Origin: Geosiphon pyriformis uo1
Lineage: Eukaryota > Fungi > Glomeromycota
Reading direction: 5' to 3'
Length of the DNA: 64,000 bases
Assembly (NCBI GenBank): GCA_016748015.1
Contig: JAAOMT010000034.1
Coordinates: forward strand, 310,001 to 374,000
Within the stretch, counting starts at the first letter, position 1. Each line of letters opens with the position of its first letter. The notes below the pieces were generated by a model. It saw only the letters and a program-made list of their open reading frames with translations, was not told the DNA's origin and ran no database searches. Of the stretch, positions 49,771 through 63,494 are shown one piece after another. The position numbers were made by a program, and so were the translations under genes.

Positions 49771-52700
49771 GTGTGTTGGTTTAGAAGATTGCCATGTGCA
49801 ATATTAGAAGCATAAACAATCCTGTGAAACAGAACGATATAATTTGTTGGCATAAGGAACAAAACAATTTGATTACTATTGTTATTGAGACTAAGTTAAA
49901 GGGTAAAATTTGCCCATGGATCATGAATAAGTTTGATGGTGTTCGGGTTTTCACTTCTGGTTTGAGCTCTGGCTATTTGGGTTCTGGTGTTGTAATTATC
50001 ATGAATGTTTCTTTAGCAAAACACATGTGTAAAGTTTCCAAGATTCCTGGTCAGCTCATCTCTCTTAAGTTATTCTTCAAAAATAAACTTTTTGTTTCAA
50101 TTTTGGGGCTCTATGCTGATGCTTCTTTGGTGGCTTGGTTTTTTCAAGCTGGTGATATTAATTCTATGATTGCTAAAGCCATAAATAAGTTCTCTTTTGT
50201 AATTCTAGGTGGTAACTTCAATGAAGATGACTCTCATAAGTGTGCCAGTTTCAAAAAGTGTTTGGATCTTGGTTTGGTCAATTTCTTAAGTAGATGTTCT
50301 CATGTGAAAATGCCAATGTGGACTAACTCTTGTGGTGTGGCTAAGACAATCAATTTTTTGTTTATTTCTTCAAATTTGATTAATGCTGTGGCAGATCAAA
50401 ATGTGTTTGACATTGGAGAATTTTTTGATACTAACTATTAGGCTGTATCTATGTTTGTGAGTTTGGGTAGATTCTTGGATATACGGCTAAATTCTCTTCA
50501 CAAACAAGCAAATAGAGATCATTGGAAGTTTAATTTCAAGGGTGCTGATAAAGCTAAATAGAAAGATTTTAGTAATACTATATTGGCCAATGCATTGATG
50601 TTCTCAGATAAGTTTGCCACAGCTGTGAGGTTTTCGGATCTAAATGCAATGTGGGATGTTGTTCACAAGATAATAGTTCTTTTAATTAATGAGATGTTCA
50701 AGAAGAGGTGGTTTAAGGGCTTTGATAATGTCTTCATTAGGAAATCTTCAAGGTATCACAAATTGGAATTTTTGGTTTCTAAAATTATTAAGACTTTGCA
50801 TGTAGAAAATGTTGTGAATTTTGATTCTTTTATGAAGTACTGGGTTTCTTTGGACAATGTTAAGGCTTCAGTCATTCAAAATGTTGTGGATTCTGGTGCA
50901 GGCTTTGGTTGTGTTTGTTCTGCTCTTTGTAATACTAAAAAAGCTTATTGCACATCCAAACTTACTGAATTTTTGAGGGCTAAGAAGACAATCATCAGAG
51001 CAGTTATAGATAAGAGAATAGAAAGCTTTGAGATAAATAAGAGTTATACAATTAGGAGTGTGCTGGAGCACTCATTTTACAAAGTGGTTCTCAATTATTT
51101 GGTTGTTGATAATGAACTTATCCTGGAACCCAATTTGGTTAAATCTAAGATAGACATTATTATGATAAGTTAAACTAAAAAGCGTCCTGTAATTGATGAT
51201 ATTTCTGGTGATTGGTGTCGTCAATATCAACTTTTGGAGTATGTTTTTGATGAAGCCTTTTCTAATGTTATGTGTTCAATTGAGTTTGATGAATTGTTTG
51301 AGATGATTTCTTCTCTGCCTGATGGCAAAGCTGCTGGTTTCTCGGGTATATCAAATGAGCTTTGGAAATATTGTGATAAAACAGTTCTGAATATGCTTTT
51401 AGTGTTTTTGAACTCTTGTTTGTTTGGTGAATTTGTGCCTGGTTCTTGGAAGGAAGCTTGAGTCTTAATAATTCCCAAATCATATGATTAAGAGGGTGTT
51501 TTTACAAATACTTGACCTATTGCTTTAATTGAGACAACTTGTAAAATTTTCTCTAAAATTCTTTTTGATAGGATTTCTTTGGCATGCAGCACTTTTGATG
51601 TTCTTTATGGGGACAATTTTTTGGTTCTGAAAAGTACAATAACTCAGTCTTCCATTTTTGCTATTGGCTTGGTTATTGAGAATGCTTTGGAAAAGAATCG
51701 AAAACTTTGGATGGTTTTACAGGATATGAGAAAGACATACAATTCAATTGGCTGGAAGCATTTCGAAAAGAGTTTAGTTAGGATTAAGATGTACAGCAAG
51801 TTCATTTGTTTTTTCAGCAGTATTTACAAAGGTTGTACCAATTGCATTATGACAGATTTTGGTTTAACGGATAGTTATCAGGTACATGATGATTTGGATC
51901 AGGGAAAGGTATTTTTTTCCCTTCTGTAGTGCATATTTTATGATCTGCTGTTATGTGAAGTCAAGTGTCAGGAGAGTGTATATGGATATAGATTGAATTC
52001 TCATTTTGTTTCCAAAAATGGGAGCACCAAATCTCAGGCTGAACTTTCTTCTTTCTTTGCTGTTAGTGTTTTTGTTAATGATACTATTTGGATTGGTAGC
52101 AGTCAGAATACCACTCAACACATTCTTGATGTTGCTGGTGAATTTTTTTAGATAAATAATGTTTCTATTAATAATAACAAGACAGTGGTCATTCCCATCA
52201 ATAGCAGAGTCAGCAATTTTTCTCTGTCTATCAATGGCTTACCAATATCTATCACCAAAAAGTGTAAATCTCATCGGTATTTAGGTGTTTTTCTTTCAAC
52301 TGAGAGTCTCTCAAAGCCTAGTTTGGCTAAGGTGAATTTGGACATTTATTTTTTTACCAATCTGGTTTTGCGGAAGGCTGTTTCAGATAAACAGCTCTTA
52401 TATCTGGTGTTGGCGGTTCTCTATCCTATTGTTAGCTATAGAACACAGTTTAGCTTTGTTCTTATTAAAGTGTGCAACAAATAGAATGCTTTTATTTGCA
52501 AAGACTTGAAGCTTAAATCTGGTTTACCACTCAATTTCCCCAGTGATACAATTCACAATCCTTCTTTTTATAATTTGAAACTTTTCTTCCAAGTTCAGTC
52601 TAAAAGTAAGGTTGCCTCTCTTGTTAGTTTTGTGAACTCTGGTGGTATTGTGGGTCACTTGTTTTTTTACAAGTCCCATAATCTGCAAGTTTTGTGTTGG

Positions 52701-54454
52701 AATTCTGTCCATCCACTGAATTCCCCTGTTCATATTCATGTCAGTGCTTCTAATAATTTCTTGGCAGGCATGATTTGTGTTTTTCTTAATTGCAATTTAT
52801 CTCTGGATGGCTTTTTGGCTACTCTCTTTCGATTCCATAGTGGAGTTCCAATGTCTGCTGTTCTGAGTGAGTCAAAGTTTCTTAGGTTTCTCTCTTCTCT
52901 TTGGCAGCATGGTATTGCCTTTGTTGACTAACTTTGTGATCATCATGGTGCTATATTTAATTGGTATACTTTCAAGTGTTGAAAAAAATTAAACCCCTGT
53001 GGTCCCATTTCTGAGTGGTTCAAGCTTTCTGTTGTATTTCTCAATAGTGTGAGTTTCTCTTCTGCTCTCCTCTCAGTATTACATGGTGTTGGATCTTTGA
53101 ACATTCTTGAATCTAGTAATTTCATGTTTGTTTGTGATCATTTCTCACAGACTGGTACTAGCAGCTTGTCTGTGTACATGGATAAGTCTCTTAGTAATCT
53201 GGGCACAGCCAGCTGTAAAGCTGGCACTGCCACTTATTTTGAGGACATTGGTTTGGGTTTGGGAGTTAGTGTGTTGAGTTTGATGTTGTTTACATTGATG
53301 GAATTGTAGGCTATTGTACTGGCTCTGAAGTGTGTCCCCTTATCAAGCTTTGTTCAACTGTTTTTGGATAGTCAATCTGTTTTAGATGCTTGTAAGTCGG
53401 AATTAAGGTTGGCATGTTCTGACTTTCATAATCAATATTAGATCAAGCATCGTCATATAGTCAATGTTATTCATGATAAAAATTTGAGGGTTAGTTAGCA
53501 TAAAGTAAAAAGTCACTCTGGTGTTTCAGAGAATGAGTGTGTTGATGCACTCGCTGGTACCACTTTTCTCTCTGATTGGTATCTTCTTCCTCACCTAAAT
53601 GAACACTTTTTGATTGCTAATGGTGGTATTGTTTCTGGCAATTTTAGACATTTTGTCCATGACATTTATCATTCAGTTTGCCATGCATGCTGGAAGGTTG
53701 GTTCTGGTTCTAAGTTTTTGGCTGGCAGTTTGCTATCAAAGGTTGATTGGTGTCACTCATCATTGGTGTGGCATCCTGACTTGAACATAACTACTGGTTT
53801 TACCAGCAAACTTTTGGCTGATGCATGCACATATTTTATGAAAGCTTTGCATTACTGACTACTGGTTGCTGTTTGGAAGTGTCTTTATAATAGGCTGTAT
53901 CCTAATGTGTTGTGCTTATATTGTGGTAAGGTGGAGGTATTGGATCATGTGTTCTCTTGTAAGGTTGATGAATCTGCTCAATGTCATTTGTTGGAGTCTT
54001 ATGTGAATTCCTAGAAGACAGTTTCTGGTCTTTCTCATTCCTTTTCAGGCATATTACAGCTGTTGTTATCCTGTATCTCTGATTTTTCTGTGTTCACAGC
54101 TCTTCATAAAGGTTTTGTTTTTGATAGTTGGTTTCGTGAAACTGTTTCTGTCTTCCACAATCTCAAGATTATCAGTTCGGAGATTGTTAAATTTGTGCAT
54201 TCTCTTGGTTTTGCATTCAGAACTGGTGTTTGGTCAATTCATACTAAGCATCGTGCTTACATGGAAAAAAATGGGTTGATTTCAATTGATGGTTCAGTTG
54301 TTATCTCAGTTCTTGGTTCAGTTTCGAGGTTTTCTGCTGATGTGATTAAATTACTTGGTATAGCTGATGCTGTTGGTATTTGTTTTGGCTTTTGCAAGTC
54401 TTGTTTGTTTTTTTCTGGTATAAGTAACCAGTTTCTGTTCATATAGCTGTGTAG
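49767..54454 (+). pseudogene. LINE-4 ORF2 (APE-RT-RNH-ZnF)
   Basis: GGNFNED, LQDMRKTYNSI, RNase H VYMDKS (decayed), CLYC...DHVFSC. Confidence 0.9.
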
Positions 54455-55501
54455 TGTTGTTCTGATTGGCTTGAGTGGCTGGTCACATGTAAAAAATGCA
54501 TGATTTATGCCTAGTTTAGATCATTTTTTTGATGTATAGCACTAAATCGTGTTTGGATCTCACTCATTAAGCATAATAAAAAATAAAATAAAATAAAATA
54601 ATATTATTACTAATTTTTTTAAATATTTTGAATATTATTAACAGATTATTTAATTATTATTTTCTGAACTTATAAATTATAAATTAGGTTTTTAAAAATC
54701 TATTACAGTTTTTTATTAAGTTAAAAATTAGTTTTATTAATAATTTTTTAATTAAAATGTTTAAAATTTTTTCAAACTACAAGGCTATATTAATAAATTT
54801 TTATTTATAACTTTTTATTTAATAAATAGAGTTTTTGTTTTAAATATTTTGAATATAAAATTGTATTATAATATTATTAATTTTTTAAAAAAATTTAATA
54901 TGATTTTTATTGATTAATTTATTAATAAATATAGTTAGATTTTTGATTAAAAAATATTTTATTATTGAAAAAATTTTAATTTTAAAGATTTTGTATTTTA
55001 TTAATTTAATATTATTATTAATTTTGTGTAATTAAAAGTTATGTCTAATTATTTTATTTATTGGTCATAGATTTAATTACCAAAATATTTATGATTTAAG
55101 TAATTTTTTAGCAATTAATAAAAGTTTATTAAATGCAAATTTTTTTGTTATTAAAGTTTTTATTAATAATTTATTGTAAGATTTAAGTTTATATAATATA
55201 GTTTGTAATATTATAATATTTTTTAAAAATTTGAATATAAACTTTAACATTTGTATTTTAAATTAATAATAACTTTTTTAGATCTATTTAAATCTGATCT
55301 AATAATATAAAATTCGGTTTTATTATATATTAAAACACAAATTACAAAAGTTTTTAAAGAGTTTTTAACTAACTATATATACATAAAATAATTAAAATTA
55401 AGTTTTGAATATAAAACAAAAGATTTAAAAATTTTGAAAATTAAAAGCACTAAATCATAAAAATATAATAAATAAAAAATTTTTATATATAATAATTCAT
55501 T

Positions 55502-55546
55502 ATAGATGGCATTTGGGCCTCATTCGTAAAATGGTAATAAAAAAAA
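55502..55546 (+). mobile_element. ~45-bp extremely 5'-truncated LINE 3'-end insertion
   Basis: TAGATGGCATTTGGGCCTCATTCGTAAAATGGTAATAAAAAAAA resembles the LINE tail terminus. Candidate TSD AATTCATT/AATTTATT. Confidence 0.55.
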
Positions 55547-56269
55547 AATTTATTTATTAATTAAACCAATATTTAAAAAACATTTAATTAGCAGTAAAAC
55601 ACAAAATGTTTTTAAAATAATTTCATATAATATCTAAATTATTAATTGATTTTATATTTATAAAAATATCAAAAATAACTACAGTTTATAAGAATAAAGT
55701 TTTTTTAAATCTGATTTATTTAAAATTATTAGCATTTTTAATATTAAATTTTTAATAATTTTTGATTTGTTTATATAAAAAAAAAGATTATATATTTAAA
55801 AAATTAGTTAAATTAACAAAAATATCTATAATATTATAATTTGTAAAAAAAATTTTATATATTAAAAACATTATAAATAATCATAATATTATTAAAAAAA
55901 AAGAAACCAAAATAAAATAAAATAGTTTTTTTATATTATACAAATTTTTTTAAATTATAATTTTAACAAAAAAATTACCAAAAAAAAAATAAACCAAATT
56001 TAGATTCAAGTATTTTCTGAAATTAATATTATATTTAGAGTTATTTTTATTAAAATTATTATTTAAAACATTATAAATACTCTTATTAACTGTTTTAATA
56101 ATAAGTAAATTAATAATATTAATTTAATTTAAATATATATTAAGTAAAATTCTAATATATAAATACAATATAAATACTAAAAAATTATTTTTAAACAAAT
56201 AACAAACAAACAAAAGTTAATTTAATATTTAAAAACTTTATAAATATTCTTTTTTATATTATTGCTTAT

Positions 56270-57000
56270 AATAATTATAATTTTAGAACCAAAAAAATTC
56301 AAATTCAGATCAGATATAAATACATAAATTTTTTTAAATTTATTTATTATTTAAAATTTAACATCATATTTTAACTTAGTTTTTGTTATAACAGAAATAA
56401 AATTACTACTTTTTATGTATTAATAAATAATATTATTCTGTTTTACAAGAATATTTATATTTTTAATATTATATATTACAATTTTCCAAGTTAAATTAGT
56501 TATTAAAAAGAAATAAAAAACAAAAAACTAAAACCAGTATTTAAATTATCTAATTTTATTAGAATAGCATATACTAAATTTTTAAGAACCAATATATTAA
56601 ATTTCAGATTACCAATTTTAATACTAAAAATTTTTAAGCTATTAAAATCCAATAATATAAAAACATTAATAGTTTTAATTAATGAAAGAAAAAATATTAT
56701 ATTAAAAATATTTACAATTATGTTTAAAGTTGAAATTATTAAAAAAACTTTAAGTATACTAAAACACAAAACAAAAAAAAATACTGAAAAAATTGTATTA
56801 AGCTTGGAAAAAATCTCAGAAATCTGGTCAATTAACAATTTTAAAAAATGGTTGAGAATATTTAATTGAGAATTTATGAAAAGAATAATTGGCAAAAGAG
56901 CAGCAATAGTGGTATTAGAAAAAAAAAAGCCATAGAAAAACACACCAAAAAAAACATTAAATTTAAAAATATTAGTTTAAATTGTAATTTTAAATTATAT
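56270..57000 (-). mobile_element. Decayed LINE fragment (ORF1 C-terminus and APE start), LINE-4 type
   Basis: ORF 56503-56943 (LKLLIDQISEI..KIGNLKFNILVLKNLV) aligns by eye with the LINE-4 ORF1 C-terminus. Confidence 0.65.
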
Positions 57001-57682
57001 ATATATAATTTGTATAAAATATATTAATTTTATTAATTAATATGTAATTTTTTTTAAAAGTTTGGATTGTATATATATACACATATTATGTAATTTAATT
57101 AAATTTGTTTTTGTTATATAATATGTAATTAAATCTATATTTAATATTTTTATTTATCACCATATAGAAGATTTAGATGAATTTATAATACCAAAATTAT
57201 TCTTGAAGTTTCTTAATAAGGCAAACAACACAGCAATGGTTCGTTTATAAATGAAGCTTATTTTAGGATTTTCAATGGGATGCCTGCGAGTTAATAATTC
57301 TATTATCTAAACGCCCATAGCATAAATATTATTTTTCTATGCACTGTGTTTCACATAATCGTGGAACTTTTCAATTTCAGGGTTACCACCCTCAATGAGT
57401 AAATTTTAATTTTGACAATGTGAGCTAATGTGAAACAAATATGGTTAAAAAAGCATTGCGAATCTTCTATAGTTCTTTTTTAATTATTCCATTGTTTAAT
57501 ATCCTTTTTGATATTGATTTAGAAAGCTTTTTCGCGTAGTTAAGTTCGGTGATTTAAATGATTACTCCGTAAAAGGACCGTGTTAGCATAATCCCCCGAA
57601 TTTTGCTTTTATCTTCAATTTTTACTTAAGCTAGTTTTCCTTTTGAAATTTATTCCTTCAAACATTCAACTCAGGGTTTCTC

Positions 57683-60600
57683 ATGGCTGAAAAATCAAGC
57701 CTCAGTACCTCTCACACACAAGAAAATGAACAAGGAGAGTTTACTTTAAGAAACTCGGGGAGTAGCAGTATGGATAGCAATAACAACTGTGACCATGACC
57801 AAGACGGTAAAACGGACTTAACTTTTACTTACGAGGGTTCTGGTCCATCTTTTCACAACTTTATTTGCAACGAACCTTTTCCACAATTGCTTACCTATGA
57901 CTGCTTTGCTATTAATGCCGCCATTCAACCAGAAAATCACGCTCCGGAATTAAGTCATAAACGTTTATATCCAGACTCGCCCTCTCAACAATCTTTTTCC
58001 ACTTTGGAAAGTCAAAATCCTCGAAAACGCACGCGTCATACTTTAGCTGAGGAAGGTCTTTCCTGGCAAAACGCGCAACCCGAAAAACAAAATAGTTTAA
58101 TCGGTTTATCTCCTTTCACTTCCATTTGCTTAACTGACGACGATGCGTCTCTACCCTGCTTCGTTGATGAAAAAATAAACACCCAACAAGGCCCCACAGA
58201 AGGTCAAGGAGACAAGGAGCAAGTGGAAGTTATTGATTTATATACAGATAAAAAACGTAAGCAAGAAGAAGAAGACGCTCAGTTGGCAAGAGTATTACAA
58301 CAACAGATAGATAATGAAGGTTGGGAACAGATAAAACGCGACGAAGAACTTGCTAAACAGCTGGCTGTGGAGTGGAGTAGCGGTTCTTTTGTTCGTTCCT
58401 CTGCATCATCATCTATCCCAACGAAAAATCCCCTATCAAGCGTTATCTCAAATAAAATTATATGGGACAAGGCAAATAATAGTCCATGTGAACATTCCAT
58501 TTTTACAGATTCTAGTAATTCTACCCTACAATCTTTAGATTTTAACATCGAAACATCGAGCATTACCGATAATACCGATATAAAGAATGAAATTCTGGCT
58601 ATGACTTCGATAATTTCGCCTTCTTCAGATCTTTCACATTCAGAACAATTGTCTGACGAGTTTGATCAACAGCCAGTTCAACCATCTTCTCATATCAATG
58701 GTACAATTTCACCAATTGACGAAGAATTTTTTATTGCATTCGAACGTAATATTGATTCCGATTTCTTTGGGACACTTGAAAATTATGGAACAATAGAAGA
58801 CGAAAAAATCATTTCATCCTCTGAAAGTTTTTCGGCCCCACCATTTTCAACATCATCATCATCATCACCACCAGCACCACTACCAGACATCAAGCCATTA
58901 ACTGAACTATCGAGTTCCAACACCCAAACCTGGCTAAATTCTGTGCTAAATAACTCAATCGTTAACAATGGTGTCGGAAGCAGTATTACCATAAACGAAG
59001 ATTCTAATGAGAATGCTGAATATCTGTATAGCGCTTTCGGTAGCGGCAGTTCCTTAGAAGAAAACTTTCTTGACTATTCATATGCCAATATGTACTCAGG
59101 TTCAACATCGTCATCAATGATCAAAAAGACCCAAGAAGAGCGCTTACGCGCCTTATTGGAGGACATTAATACAGAAGAAATAATTCAACCTCAAGATCGC
59201 ACTGGAACTCCTGAAAACCTTATTCCTACTTTAATGGAGCATCAAGTGATTGGTGAGGCTCTTAATTTTACCCATCTACAAAGGATGCTTTTCATTAAAT
59301 CTTTGACAACACTTCATATTTTAAAATTAATCAACTATTATCAAAGGACTTTCTTGGTTAAAGAAAAAGGAAGACAGTATCAATCGGGGAGGGATATTAG
59401 CTGATGATATGGTTGGTATCACATTAAAAACAGGCCGTAGGTTTATGCTTAAGTAAATAATTTCAACAAATTGTAATAAATAGGGATTGGGAAAAACCGT
59501 TCAATCCATTGCTTTGATTTTGGCTCGACCTTCCACGGATTCACGAAGACGTCCAACGCTAGTTGTAGCTCCTGTCTCCTTGCTCAGTCAATGGGCAAAT
59601 GAATTCGAGACTAAAACCCGGGGCTTAACTGTTTTTGTGCACCATGGCAAAAATAAAATTAAGAATTTCAAACTTTTACAAAACTATGACGGTAATCTCA
59701 AACTTTACCTTTTCCAAAATCGAATCTGCTTCCATCTAACATTTCTGGCGTTGAATCTTTAGTGGTGATCACCAGCTATACAATTATCGCAGCAGAACAT
59801 GACTTAACGTCAAAACCAATTTCTAAGAATTTATGGCATCGGTACGTTTCCCTTGTAATTGAGGTGCTTCTTACTTGCTTTCTAATTTTTTGTGATAATT
59901 AGAGTTATTCTTGATGAGGCTCAAACAATTAAGAATCAACGAACTAAGGCGGCAAAGGGTTGTTGTGAACTTAACAGCACATACCGATGGTGCTTGTCAG
60001 GGTAAGAAATAAGCATATCTGTGCTAGACTAATTTAAATTCCACAAAGCTAAAAAACAAACTTTGGTTACAGTACACCCATCCAAAATAATATAGAGGAA
60101 TTGTATTCGTTAATCAAGTTTTTACAAATCGAGGCAAATAATTAAATTCTTAGTTTTTCAATAAACTACATTTGGGAGTCCTTGCAAGAGAATAACACAT
60201 TTAATTATATCCCTTATACTGGGTTAATAGCCTTATTGCGAGTGGATCGAATTCAAAACAAACTTTGTTAAGCCGTTTTCAAGGGGCCATCATGGAAGTG
60301 AGATGGTAATGAAGCGCCTGCGGGTGGTCTTAAAATGTAGGAAATTCTTATTCATTCCTTGTACCAAATATTTAATTTTCTCAATCCTTAAATTATAAAC
60401 AGAGGCTAACGAACTTGATTTTTTATTTATTTTAGCAATCCTGTTAAGGCGTACTAAAACTTCAATGATGGATGGCAAGCCAATCGTTAACCTTCCAACT
60501 CGAGAGGTTAACATTGCTAATACTGAATTCTCAGAGGAAGAACGGGAATTTTACACTTCTCTTGAGAGTAGGAGTAGGCTGCAATTCAACCGATATCTAA

Positions 60601-62271
60601 GCGAAGGATCTGTCATGAAAAATTATTCCAATGTCAGCACTCTATTCATTATTGCTCTTGTGCCCCCTACAAAAGGATGTGTTTAAAGATTGAATATTTG
60701 TCTCCTTTTAATTCTTCAACAGATTCTTCTACTTTTACTAAGACTTCGACAGGCCTGTTGCCACCCCTATCTTATTACCGATCGAAACGTGGAAAACATG
60801 GAGGGAGAATCTAGTTCTCACCAAAAGTCCAGTTCTCATGAAGATATTGCAGTTTTGCTCGAAAAAATGGCAGAAGACATTGTGAACAGGTTGAAAGAAC
60901 AAGATCTTGAACATAAGGAGTGTGCTATTTGTTGTGATTTAGCTTCTGACCTTTCTATAATTGTGCGATGTGGCCATTCATATTGCCGTGAATGTTTGGA
61001 GGGTAAGTGACAATCCTTAGTTTATTAATTTATCAGGAAAATCTCTAATAAACTTTTTTTTTCAAAGGCCTAAATCAAAAATCCGCTCGAGAGATGAAAT
61101 CGTGTCCTGAATGTCGGTAGGTTATCTCTTAGTCTTTTCATCTACAGTTAAATTTGATCAAACTTGAATTTAAATTCATGAATTTTTTTGATTAATTATC
61201 CAGTGGTAAACTTGATATGAAAGAAGTTGTTTCTTATAAATCATTTAAAAAGAAGTGGGTTTCCTCAACGGCGATTGCTCCTGAATCATTGGAGAAGGGA
61301 AAGGGAAAAGCAAAAGCCGAAGATTTTGAAAATCCCGATGAAGTTGATCTTCCCGATACAACTCAAAAAGGAGATGATTGGGTGACAAGTTCCAAAATTG
61401 ATCGAACTATTAATCTTCTTCTAGAATTCAGAAATAAAGCACCAAAGGATAAGACGATTATATTTAGTCAAGTAAGTTAAAAATTTTCTAAAAAGACGTT
61501 TTTTTTTATCATTCTTGACGTCATTTTTTCATCTTTTTTCCATGCAGTTCACTTCATTGGTAAGCCCTTTTATTGACTCGATTTGCTCGCAATAAAAATT
61601 GGTTTAATCAAAATTTTCTTCTGATAGTTGGATTTGGTGGAGCAACCATTACGACAGAATGGATTTAAATATACACGCGTGAGTTTGAAAATTAGCTGTT
61701 TAAAAATTGAATACGGCAATCCTTTTTAATTGATATCTGTCATAGTATGATGGAAAGATAAAACCTCAACAACGAAACGAGGCTATTAATGCTTTTGAGG
61801 AACGACCGGATTTAAACGTCATGCTTGTCAGTTTGAGGTGCGGAGGAGTGGGATTGAATTTAACAACAGCTAATAGGTAACCAAAGGATTTTACAGTAAA
61901 AAAAAATTTAAAAAAATTTAAAAAAACGTCTTTCTTTTAGAGTTATCATGTTGGATCCTTGGTGGAATCCTGCAATGGGTAAGTGAATATAAATTTGCAA
62001 TCTTGATGATTTTCATTTTTGATATGGCTCTTATGAACCAGAAATACGTTGAACTTTCACAGAAAATCAAGCTATCGATAGGGTTCATCGCATTGGCCAA
62101 CAAAAGCCTGTGGAGGTCCATCGAATCATTATACCAAACACTATTGAGAAAAGAATTCTTGATCTTCAAGAAGCAAAACAACAATTAGCATCAAAGGTGC
62201 TGGGAGAGGGAGGTACTGCACCTCTTGGTCGACTTGGGCTTCAAGATTTAATGTACCTCTTCCAGGGTTAA
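57683..62271 (+). CDS. SNF2-family helicase with internal RING finger (RAD5/RAD16/ULS1-like), 16 exons, ~1140 aa
   Basis: Exons 57683-59252, 59347-59411, 59484-59691, 59763-59841, 59903-60001, 60073-60133, 60231-60336, 60436-60632, 60723-61002, 61068-61116, 61204-61471, 61548-61559, 61628-61678, 61746-61876, 61941-61978, 62063-62271 (3423 nt, open). Motifs [39 protein letters not shown]3HC4 [32 protein letters not shown]. Confidence 0.93.
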
Positions 62272-62779
62272 AGAGAAACTTCTTCAATGACAAATTATAA
62301 TAAAAGGTCCACAGTATAAATATGCAAAGCTTATATATTTCAATTTAGGATTAATAATCTTAAGCCTAGGATTTATAATGAAAAAGTTCATTCTAAATAA
62401 AATCATTTATAAATAAAATGTCTAAATTTTTTTTAGTAATTTTTGAGAAACTTTACTTATTGTGCTGCTGAAAATTTTTGTTGCTTATCAATAAATATTT
62501 CACCATTCTTTTACTATGTATTTATTTATTTTCCAAATTTTCATTAAACCATTTTTGTAATGTTTACTATTAACAAAAAATGTGATTTTTAAGAATTTTT
62601 TAAGAAAAATTAAATTCTTTTGGTTAATATATATTAATATATTATTTTAATGTAAAAAAATTGCCAATTGTTTTGTATTTTTGTTTTTGTTGCAAAATAT
62701 TAAAATAACATAACAAAAAATCCAAGTTTTAAAATTTTTTTATTTTAAAATAAATATAACTTATGTATTTTCTATATAT

Positions 62780-63480
62780 TGTTATGGCTAAAAACCATAG
62801 TTTTTATTAATTATCACATTTATTAGCCACTAATGTCACATAATTAGCCATTTTATTTTTAAATAATAATTATTGGCTTAATCAATAATTTGATTAATGA
62901 CCTGATTATTAACTTAATTGTTAACTTGATTATTGACTACTTTTAATAACTATATAAGTAATAAATTTCTTAACTATAGAAAAATATAATCAAAGTAATA
63001 AAATAAAACCCACTATTAATTACTTTTTCTCATATTGCTTATTTTTTTTTCTTACTTTCAAGTATTTAAACATCTTGAAATAAAAGATTACTTGTTGATA
63101 TTTACATACTTTTCTCTTTTTTTCTTTTTAATTTATATTATTAAAATTAGTTTAAGAAATAATTGCTTGTTTTTGTAATTTATTAAATAAAAAAATAATT
63201 AAAAAGCACAACAATATCTGTTATTGATTCTAAAAATTACTGAATTAAGACATAAAATAATAATAGTAGTATTATCTTGTTAACAATTACAAACTATTCC
63301 TCTACCTTCAAATTTCTAAAAAAAATTTACAATTGTGATTTTTATAAAACTGATTACATATATTGAATTTTTATTTATTTAATTTACTCTCTTATTGTAA
63401 TTCACTCTTTAATTAATTTTATTAATCTACCATTTTATTTTTTCTTGTTATTTGTTAGCTTATTACTTTAACCTGTAATA
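62780..63480 (+). mobile_element. Solo LTR, family B, copy 2
   Basis: TGTTATGGCT...CCTGTAATA, ATAT on both flanks, TATATAAG at 62951. Inverted homolog of 10597-11348. Confidence 0.72.
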
Positions 63481-63494
63481 ATATATTTAAATAA

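Larger units (their letters stand above)
47696..54589 (+). mobile_element. LINE-4 of window: full-length, with a distinct 5' UTR/ORF1 type
   Basis: ORF1 47824-49770, ORF2 49767-54454, 3' tail and A-rich end. Candidate TSD AAAATAAAA. Confidence 0.92.
44500..56250 (+). mobile_element. Extremely decayed LINE ORF2 relic hosting three later insertions
   Basis: FVNNTI (FVDDTIW) at ~46237, NIANEFF at ~46284. Frame resumes after the solo LTR and after LINE-4 (NRLFNYYFLNL ~54640). Bounds approximate. Confidence 0.65.

Noticed and set aside
224-54454. Alternative genetic code explaining the frequent in-frame stops
   Set aside because: All three stop types occur, at different positions in paralogous copies, and the host gene reads cleanly in the standard code.
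59253-59404. C-terminus of the 573-aa ORF as a standalone protein end
   Set aside because: It is read-through into intron 1; splicing yields the SNF2 motif I exon.
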